Origin: Amoebidium appalachense
Lineage: Eukaryota; Protista; Ichthyosporea
Reading direction: 5' to 3'
NCBI GenBank assembly: GCA_963693365.1
Contig: CAVNZM010000005.1
Coordinates: forward strand, 11,183,728-11,247,727
DNA length: 64,000 nt
Shown in pieces: positions 34,145 through 64,000 of the stretch. The position numbers and the translations under genes were made by a program. A model generated the notes under the pieces. The model had not been told where the DNA came from. It ran no database searches and saw nothing but the letters and a program-made list of their open reading frames with translations. Within the stretch, counting starts at the first letter, position 1. Each line of letters begins with the position of its first letter.

Positions 34145-37100
34145 CGTGTGTGTGCACGCGCGTGAGTGTGTAAGAGAGGAAGAGGGGGAGGGGGGGGGAG
34201 GGGGGGGGGGGAGACGGAGAGGGAGGGAGAGAGGGAGGGAGGGAGGGGGAAGTGTATGCATGTTCGTGTGTAACTGAGTGGGTATGTGTGTGTGTATTAC
34301 GAGTGTGTGGGAATGAGTATGTGTGTGTGTGGGCTTGCATGCATACAGCACCAGGGGGAAGGGGGGGGGGGGGGGGAGGGGGGGGGGAGGGGGGGGGGGG
34401 GGGGGGGGGGATTTTGAATGCGTCAAAAAGTACGAAGTACACAAGGACAAACGGATAACACGATGCAGAATGCAAGCCATACATAAAGAGTATGCATAAT
34501 AAGCAGAGCCCATCCTCAGGGGGGGCCCACGTCATCCACAGTACCCGAGTTTCGACCTATTCCCCTCGTTAACGAAACCCAACTCAGATACTGTTTCACT
34601 TGAACATGAGTAGCTCACCCGTCTTGATCAGAGACGAGCAGGGTTGCTTATGCAGGCAAGGGCAGTGGGAAAGGCCGGGGGTTAAAGTTGCAGCAGTAAG
34701 CAGAAGCAAGAAAAATATAGATAGGAACTCAGGAGACGGGGCTTCTAGGAAGCTCCCCCGTCGATACCTAAGTCGATACTTCCCTGGCTAACATACTACA
34801 CCAGCTGAAAAGAATTAAGCCCCGAAGGCCGCAGAATTCGCAATCAGAGGGGAAAATATGAGATTTGACCCACGCCGCAGGGTAGTAACACGCTTACTAG
34901 GGCGGAACTTTATCGTCTTCGAACGGAAAGCTATGCCCCCGGATGTCAGCCGGAAATATGGTATCACCCATTGCTGGAGGGGGGACTGAATGCGAGCCTA
35001 TGTGTGCATGCGTGTACGTGTGTGCATGCACATGCACACGGTAGCGAGCGTGTGAGTGTATGTGTAGATAATCTGACTGGTTGCTCATACGTGTTCGTCC
35101 AAGAGTGTCAGCTTTTTTGTGCCCCCCCTCCCCCCCCCTCCCTCCCCCCCCCCCCCCCCTCCCCCTCCTCCCCCCCCCCCCCCCCCCCCCCCCACCACAC
35201 ACACACATACAAAAAAAAAAAAAAAAAAAGGAGAAGAGAGAGGGAGAGGTGGTGGCAGGGGAAGGGGGGGGGGGGGGGGGAGGGGGGAGGGGAAGGGGGG
35301 GGGGGGGGGGGGGGGGGGGGGAGGGAGGGAGGGGAAGGGGGGGAGGGGGGGAGCCTGAAAAGCAAACAAAAAAAAGGAAGCGTGCACACACGCACACACA
35401 CTACACACACACCCATCCACCTAACCACATCTCGATACACACGCACACACATAAACCAGCGAGAAAAAACCTTCACATGCATGTAAATAAATGGTAGGTA
35501 TATAATACTGATACGACACGCCACCCCACCCTTTCGTCATCCATCACTGTCTAGTACCCACCTGATTTGTGCCTCAGTTCTCTATGTCCCTCATCCACAC
35601 CATCCAGCCCTATCTGGCTCTGGCTCCGACTTTGGCTCCGACTTTCCTCCCTCTCACTCTCAGATTTATCGCCGTATGGTGATTGGGTGTCGTTTAGCGT
35701 TCGTAGTTGATTAGGTGACGGTGTTCTAGATGTTGTTCGGCTGTTTGCCGATGCGGCTGGTGCAGAGTAGAAATCCTCGGCAGATCGCGTGTCTGAGAGA
35801 CGCCTGCGGGTAAAAAAGTCGATTAAGGCTTGCATATTAAGATACGGATAGGGCATATATATCATGTGATGGTGAAGGCATAATAATAAGTGTCAAGAAA
35901 AAGGTGTGCGTATCAAGACATGGATGGGGTTTTAAATTTCAAGAGCTAGAGAAGACATAAGAAACAAGAATACGGTGTGCATTTAAACAGATGCGAGGGT
36001 GTAAATTTCATGAGATAGAGAAGGTATGGAAATAGAACAAGGCATGCATTATCAACCTGTGGTGTAGACCGTGCACATGGGATATGTGCAGTGGTGGGCT
36101 GTAAACCGATCCCGCTCACGAAAGTGCACTAGTGCAAGCCATGGGCATTCTATCATTGCTACAGCAAAAACCTGCAAAACAAGGGGTCGTGGTGGTGTGA
36201 GGCCCCACCGGAGGCCAAGAGGATAAAAGGCAAGGCAGGTGTGTTTGCCAAGCAACCCCCCCCCCCCCCCCCCCAAAAAAAAAAAAAGAAAAGAAAAAAA
36301 AAGAAAGAAAGCAAGAAAGAAAACGAAAAAGAAAAAGAAAAAGAACGGAAAGAAAAAAGGGGGGGGGGGGAAGGATGAAAGGAACAAAAAAGAAAAGAAA
36401 ACGTGACATGACACACAACATACAGGTGCATGTTTTCTACCCAATTGCACATCCACCACATACTACCCAGCCACCCATCAGCATCCTAACTGCACACACC
36501 AGCACCACCCATCCACCCACCCACACCAACCAGTGCCCAGTTACCTCTGGCCCTGTGGTGCACTCAGGGGGACCAGTGATAGTGTGGACTCTGCCTCGAC
36601 CTCCAGCAGGGAGGATGCCCTCTTGACTGGCCGGGGTGACTGCCCCCATGTGGGTGGCGTGCTGGGCCGGCTGCTTTGTCCCTCCCATTAGATATCAACC
36701 CCATCCCTCCCCCCACCCCCCCCCCTCCCCTACCCCACACACGCGCACACACCCTCCTTCTCTTCCTCCCCTCCCCCTCCTCCTGCCCCCCCACCTCCCC
36801 CCCCACCTCTCTCTCTCTCTCTCTCGTTCCCCCGTCCCCCCCCCCCCCCATCGCCTCCTCCCTTCCCTGCCCCCTCCCCCTCCCCCCCCTCCCCCCCCTC
36901 ACCCCCCCCCCCCCCCCCCCCCCCCCAACAACCCCTCCCTCAGATGCTTGCTGCCTATTTCTTCTGAATACACTTGATCTCCCCATCTGCCTCTTTTCAT
37001 CCCGTCTCTACTTTCCACACAGTTCACCTCAGGCTATTGCGAAACCCCCCCCCCCCCCCCTCTCCCCCGGGGGCCCTGAGAGCCCTTTGATTTGTTACTG

Positions 37101-37851
37101 ACCGGATGACCAGTAAATCCCCTTCATCCCATCATGACCACATCACTCCCCACATGTGCAACACACACCACAAAAAGTGCATCCACCACCCCACACCCAC
37201 ACCCATCTCATACCCACTCCAGACAATTACCATAACAGGCATCCATATTGCGCGCCCATACACCCACACCCATGCCCTTACCCCCCTCACAAGCACACCA
37301 AACTAGCATTAAGGTGTGCATGTTCCTCACCGTTAAAACCCATACATACACCCATACCCATCTCACAAGCACACACACGACTACTATAAAAGGAAATACA
37401 TCCCTTACCTCGCATCACCCGGGCTGCCCGGTACGGACGGCAATAGTCTTCCAACCGTAGCGGATTTCCTCTGAGGAGACATGTTGCCCGTCAATATGCC
37501 CACAGGCACACCCATGCCGATAGACGTGCAGCTCTGTGATAGCCGTAATGAGTGGGGAGGGAGGCGGGGGATGCGGAACATGGTATGAAGTACAACCACA
37601 CGATGAGAAACACTGTGCAGGACACATGGAAAGGAAGACATTCAAGTATGCAACATCAGAAGGGGGGGGGGGGGGGGGGGAGCATATGCACTGGGGGAAT
37701 CGATTGGATGGTGGGGACATGCAGAGGTGGTTGTATATGTGGTTTAGCCGTAATGAGAGACCAGACGGTAAAATACAAGTAGTGAAAAGAATAGCTACAA
37801 GTAGTGAAAAGAATAGGGGGTGTGACGTGGATATGGGGGAATGTATGTTGC

Positions 37852-37928
<77 letters not shown>

Positions 37929-40122
37929 CGCGCATGTGCGTGTGCGCGTGCGCGTGTGCGTGTGTGCGTGCGTGTGTGTGTGTGTGTGCGCGCGCGCCTA
38001 TGTGGGAGGGGGGGAGGGAGGGTACATGTGTGTGTGTGTGTGTGTGTGTGTGCACGTGTGTGTGTATGTGTGTGTGTGTTGAGGGAGTAGCGGAAGGAGG
38101 GGGGGAGGGGATGTACTTTTCTTCGGGTGGTCTGTGCCATGTCAGCCGAGGCAGAACCTGTCAGCGGTGGTGGCTGCTGATTTGTGCTGGGCCGACTGAG
38201 CAACAGCACACCGTTAGACACACTGCATAGTGCATACACTACATACGGGGGGTCAAGGAAGAAGACACAAGAAAAAACGAGCCATACACACGTGCGCATA
38301 CAAGGGGGCATATACACCTGTACGCACAGGGGGAAGGGGGGGGGGGGGGGGAAGATAGAGGGAAAATGGGGTGAGGGGAGGGGGAGGGGGAGGGGAGGAG
38401 GGGGGCGAGGAGGAGCAAAAAAAAAAAAAAAAGAAAGAGAGGAAAAAAAAAGTTATAAGACATTCCACCGTGCACGTACGTTGGCTGTGGCATATTTCTT
38501 CCAGCACTGACCACGATGGATGCCCTCCTCCTTGGCGATGCATCGACTGGTAGCCGCAACTGGCTCGTGTCTGACGACAGACGTCGGTCACGTTTGGCTA
38601 GCGCTGCTATCATCGCCTAAAAGGGGCGGGGGGGGGGGGGGGGGGGGAGGGGGGGGGGGGGGGGGAGGGAGGGGCAAAGAGGGGGGTATGTATGTGTTAA
38701 TGGGTAGCAGACAAAGCTACAAAAAAAAACCCAGCAAAAATAGAACCTGAAACAAAAACAAGGGATGTGGGTGGGTGGGGCGGGGGTTGGGTGTGTGTGT
38801 GTGTATGTGTGCGTGTGTGAGTGTGTGTGTGTGGCGGGGGGGGGGCGGGGGGGATAGCGGCTCGAAGGGGGGGGGATATAGAGTGAAAAAAACCTATAGT
38901 GTTGGGTAGATGATTGTTTTTGCGAGTTGGAAAAGTAGCTATATGACCTGCACATGCCTGTTAAGCTATTAATTATGACAGCTGCCATAATTTAATCCAT
39001 TGAGAAAGCCGCCAGTTAAAGTGCATTGGTTCCCAGCTGAACAAAACCAGCATAATTTCATAGAGCATAGTTCCAAACACGACGAGTTTACATTGACTCT
39101 GCTAAAACCAACACATCATCTATTGTTCAAGGCAGAACACCAAGGCACCACCTTCAACCAAGCAGTGGTGGATATGCACGAGCCCCACCCACCTCTGAGC
39201 TGCCCATATTTGGGGTTAGCTGGCGGTGGGTGCGCACAGTGCCCATACGGCACATGCATGCACGTGGGCAGCCTACCCCCATGGCATTGCGGCGCTTGGT
39301 AAGACACTGCGGGTGGATAAGCAGCTTGGGGGGGGAGGGGGGGGGGTGAGGATGTGTTACATAGGTCCAATTGAAAAAAATCACCACCGATGACGCTATG
39401 CGCATTGTACAACTACAGAAAGTAATGTTGGCAGAACCCATGCTGAAGTCGCAGAACCCATCTCTAAGCATAATAGCATCCTCAGAGAGATAATGCATCC
39501 ACGTTATATACAGTGTGTGTGCAAGCGGTGGGTGGGTGGGTGGGGGGAGGGGAGGGGGGGTTTGAATGCGGAACACGGTATAATGTACGCATACACGACG
39601 AGAAGCATGGTGCAGGACACATGCAAAGGCAAACATTCAAGTATGCAACATCAGCCATGTGCACAGTATGCGTCATAAGCAGAGCCCATCCTCAGGGAGG
39701 ACCCAAGTCATTAATTGGAGGGGGGGGGGGGGGGGGGGAGGGGGGAGGGGGGCGGAAGGGGGTGGAGGAGAGAGAGAGCTGATGGAGGAGAGGGGGGGGT
39801 AGGGCAAGGGGAGCGGAGAACGGAATGAAAACGCAGAGGTGCGGTCAGGGAGCAGAGAGGAGCGGATATGGGCGAAGACGGGGCAGGGGAGGAATAAGCT
39901 TGGAAGGAGCATCCTTGGGCAAAACAGATGCTTTAACGCATGGGGGGAGGGGGGGGGGGCGCTAACATCACTGCACGTTGGGCAGTTACAGGCAGGAACC
40001 AAGCCTTGGGGAAAGCTGTGGCCCCCACACATGAAGCACAGCCGGTCGGCAGGTGGGCCGGCCAGGTCCACATCACTGAAAGTCCCCCCCTGGGGGCTGC
40101 TTGGCGACCCAGGGGAGTCCAT
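33877..40122 (-). CDS. Hypothetical spliced protein with an N-terminal RING-CH/RINGv-like Cys/His cluster, low-complexity middle and helical C-terminal segment; exon structure and 3' end uncertain
   Basis: Exons give MDSPGS...[24 protein letters not shown]|LLIHPQCL; further GT-AG-bounded open exons lie at ~38510-38617, 38115-38190, 37408-37545, 36545-36670, 35560-35830, 34897-34973 and 33877-34010. The final CxxC pair was not confidently located. Confidence 0.5.
34411..34560 (-). mobile_element. Short dispersed repeat family A, long copy including the GAAAC...GTA motif
   Basis: Minus strand: ggtcgaaactcgggtactgtgg...ccccctgaggatgggctctgc...gacgcattcaaaat(C)n. Confidence 0.75.
39561..39715 (-). 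mobile_element. Short dispersed repeat family A copy
   Basis: Colinear with 1754-1893 and flanked by poly(G) runs on both sides. Confidence 0.8.
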
Positions 40123-41465
40123 CGTCTGTAGGGAAGGATTGGCCGTGTGATTGAATAAGTAGGTGTTCATGCCTGGCAAAGTTGCATTCACATGCTGAAC
40201 ACTTGGGATGTCCAAATATGAGTACAAAGGGTTAGAGCGAGCACAGGCGGATTGTAGGCAAGTGCCAAGCGCATAACTAACCAAGCACAGATCTCAGCCT
40301 TAGGTGTGAGCTTGTTTGCGTATGGCTTTGTTGTGTGTGTACGTGCACAGTATCTTTGTATCTTGCTATACAGGCGTGATATTCACGTCCAGTCAAACTA
40401 CACTACCCCAACCACTCCAAATACATGTCTGAAGCTCTTTTGTGAGGCCAAAAGCACATTTTCGCCGGGTATGTAACCCCCCCTCGCCCCCCCCCCCCCC
40501 CCTCCGCCCCCCTCCCCCCTCGCCACCCTCACCAATCCCATTGCGAGTGAATGAGGGAACACAACCAGGTTTGACCTGCAGAAGTTTAGTGAGATCTCGA
40601 GTTATGAACTATCAAGGACCGACACCGGAAACGTATAAAAATGTGGCAGCTAGCAAAGGAGGCACACAGATTTTTGGGACACCAAGCAAATCACCTAGAG
40701 CTTGTAAGACAACGTGCCTTGGCCTTCGAACCGGATTACTGCACAAGATTCGATTTACGTGGAAAGCGCACTAGGAATCAGGTACGACCTGGCACAGTAG
40801 CCTCTCTATGCCGGCTACATGCATTAAGGTTTGAACTGAATTGCTAGGATAGGACAACGACCTGGGCAGAGTAAACTTAAAGGCACTGCCTTTTCCTTTT
40901 CTAAAGCAAAAGGTACCGATGTGTGTCGCTGTGCGTGGCGTTAGAGCATCCTGGAAAAGCACAAAACAGCCACCCCAAAGCCAGCATACGATTGTAGCTA
41001 GCGAGATTTCTTAAGTTCACCCACTTCGCAACCCGGGTATAGTAGCCTGGACTTGAAGGGGAAAAAAGAGGAGGCTAAACGCTGCTATTGCCCATCCCGC
41101 CAGTCACGGATCTTCTCCTTCTAAGCAACTGCATGCTGCTTTAGCCCATGCACCCACACACAGGCAGACACTCACCGCACAGCAGGTGCCCCCACTGGCC
41201 GTGTCTTTCACCTCTGCCGCACCATTTGGCTCGTTGGGTGTGTAGCGAGCCATCCACCACACCCCTTACACAACATGCGGGAACCACTAAGAGCAAGTGC
41301 CCTTTTCTTTCCCAGAAAGTAAGGGTATCTCGTTGCGCTCCAAGGTATTGTTGCTCTAGCACTATGTATCAGTGTACAACCGAAGTAAATTTTTTTTTGT
41401 TTATCGCGCTGCGGCGCCAGCCCAGTTTATCCCTTATCTATTGCCATCAGTAGCCAGCCGCCGGT

Positions 41466-41531
41466 GATTGGTCCAATTTCTCCCCATTTAAGTGCGCCAA
41501 TCAAATAAACTTCTGTGTAGCCATATATGGC
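41466..41531. promoter_or_regulatory. Putative promoter elements upstream of cysteine synthase: CCAAT boxes and a perfect CArG box
   Basis: gattgg (41466), ccaat (41473 and 41497) and the palindrome gccatatatggc (41520-41531), ~140 bp before the ATG in a divergent intergenic region. Confidence 0.4.
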
Positions 41532-41669
41532 TTTCCGTGTGAAAATTCTGAAAATTCAAAAAGCGCGGGCCCACTGCGTGCCAGCACGACACACGGTTGT
41601 GGCTGTGACAACGAAGACAACTCTCCTTGAAATATGCTTTGCGGTAGAAAGCACCACTGAACCACTATA

Positions 41670-50735
<9,066 letters not shown>

Positions 50736-51058
50736 CAGGTTAAAAAGGATGGTATAGGCTTTCCGTCTGTAATTTGACTCCCCTTTATGGGGTTTTTTCT
50801 GTTTTGCTTAGTCTTTCGTTCTGTAAATAGATGATAAAGAACACAGGGTCTGAAACGAGTTACGATACAAAGACTCTAAAGACGATTATTCTTTGCATTG
50901 AGACTCAGTGAAGTAGTGATGTGGTCAAATGATAAATATGGTAAGATTTGATATTATGCTACGTGAAATAATATGCGGCAAAAGTGGTAGATCTGAATGT
51001 ACGCTGAATGAAGTAATAAATGAAGCAAAAGGATAACTCGGGAACCGTCCAGCCTTGC

Positions 51059-51105
<47 letters not shown>

Positions 51106-51753
51106 AAAAAAAAACCCCCACCACCACCATCAATACCCCCACTGCCACCACTACTACAAAACTCTTCTGTTCAGCCAGCTGAGGAATGCATACAGCTGAT
51201 GTGGATCTTTGTCTCCTTTTGCGACTTTATTATGTTCTATGTGCTAACCAAGCCATTCACCAGCTACAAAGCAGTATTTTCATGTACAGGTTCGGGATTA
51301 CCCTTGCAGCCACTAGATGGGGTAACATAACAGCTGCAGTGTTGCTAGATAGTGGTGCATATATATCTACATGTGCATAGCAACAACAATAGCTGGTTTA
51401 TATGTGCTTTTATTAACCACTTCCCCTTGATATCATGAGTGCGAGCTATGTGCAACGCTGTGTGAATCCCATGGTGCACGCGACCTGTACGTGTGCGTGC
51501 GTGCGTGCATGTGTGTTCGCTTGCACGCACATTGTGTGTGTGCACATGTGCAGGTGTGAGTGTGTACTTCGGAGACTTCAAGGAAAAAGAAAAAGAGGAG
51601 ATCTCTATAGCCCTCAGATTATGATTATATTTTAACACCATTGCACGTATCTACCCACTACATAACAGGAACAAACACGTACACCAACCACGGTCGGTTT
51701 TTACCGTTTGCATTAATCTAAGCATAACGAGGGCGCAGCATATCTCTGAACCT

Positions 51754-51784
<31 letters not shown>

Positions 51785-52049
51785 GCCCCCCAAACAGGAA
51801 ACGTTCGCGCGCACACACACACCACACACACCATACACAAATTTTTACGGATACTCAGAATATGCCTGAAGACTCACAGAGTAATGCAGCCATTTCACGA
51901 TATTACAGTGCCCGTGTTGTTTCTATCATAGTGTGTGCATGCTGCATGCCCGTGTGTTTGTATGTGCTTACATACGTGTCCCAAAGGATGCCGGACATGC
52001 CCTGGATTCCACTGGTGGTGGTGGTGGTGGTGACGTGTGTGTTTGTGTT

Positions 52050-52159
<110 letters not shown>

Positions 52160-52162
52160 TGT

Positions 52163-52197
<35 letters not shown>

Positions 52198-52885
52198 ACG
52201 TGTGCGCGTACGTGTGTGTGTTCGCGCGTGTGTGTAAAAGAAGAGGGGGGAGAGGGGGGGGGGGGGGGGAGGGGGGGGGGAGAAAGGGGCTGAATGTTAC
52301 AAGCCAGGAAATAATATTACGAAGGTTATTTATTCCTTTTTTTGCCCCACCATGACATAACATGATCCCCAAACCACAGGTGTTGGGCGCCATAGGCCTG
52401 AGCTCGAAACAAAAACAAAAATCTAGAAGAGAGTTTTAAGAAAATGGTGAAACTTGTTCACAGCCAAAGATAATAGCAAGGGTGCAGGTATATAACCTAA
52501 TGCAGGACACGGCATATAAGACTATTCTTTCTTTCTTTTTTTTCTTTTTCTTTTTTTTTTTTTTAAACCTTTTGTAGACTGTGTTACAATTTACGCATAC
52601 CTATACATGAGCGGTTGGTGAAAAGTGGCCAACACGAATAAGGAAAGGCATCTACTTATAAAGACGGTTTGCATGAGTTAAACAAAATTCACCAAAAACG
52701 AGGGGGGAAAACATTGTTTTTAGGCTGCCGTTTCACCAAAAACGAGGGGGGGAAACATTGTTTTTAGGCTGCCGTGCATATATCGTAGCCAAATCTCCAA
52801 TCCACCACCACCATTTCAACTCCTTTTTGTACATCTCTCCATCCTAAAAATGCAAAGACGAACACCAAAAATCCACGTACACACG

Positions 52886-63752
<10,867 letters not shown>

Positions 63753-64000
63753 TGGGTGGGTGTGTGTGGGTGGTGGGTCGGGGAGCAAAAACAACAATTA
63801 AAGCAAGAAACAATCAAGTAAGGAGGGAGACAAGCAGCATCGGTAGCAGCGATTATCAACACACGTGAGGAGCTGTGGGGAGAGGGGGGAGGGGGGGGGG
63901 GGGTGTGAGGGGGGTGGGGGGAGGGACGTGTGAGGGGGAGATCAGAGTACCTATGTATACAGGGGGGGGGGGGGGGAGGGGGAGGGAGGATTGATGCCAG

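Noticed and set aside
34500-34600. Complete hammerhead ribozyme
   Set aside because: Stem I and stem II partners do not pair in the required arrangement; only half motifs are supported.

Overview
Eukaryotic, intron-rich DNA saturated with (CA)n/(GT)n and poly(C)/poly(G) tracts. The gene content suggests an opisthokont, possibly a unicellular holozoan (inference only). Almost all ORFs in the supplied track are microsatellite artefacts. Five spliced genes can be reconstructed by hand: the 3' part of an oxysterol-binding protein (+), XPB/ERCC3 helicase (-), a RING-CH-like protein (-), cysteine synthase (+) and sestrin (-, 5' end beyond the window). Mobile DNA comprises a 5'-truncated non-LTR retrotransposon RT, a decayed relative of it, two MITEs (one piggyBac-type) and about 15 copies of short poly(C)-ended repeats carrying hammerhead-like half motifs. 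Three signals stand out. (1) Recurrent tandem 'echo' duplications of exon-intron junctions occur in four genes, with differences that often look synonymous or conservative. (2) The last two XPB exons are duplicated downstream, with conserved exons but diverged introns. (3) The poly(C)-(A)n ended repeat family may seed the homopolymer tracts. All exon calls and alignments were made by eye and need computational confirmation.
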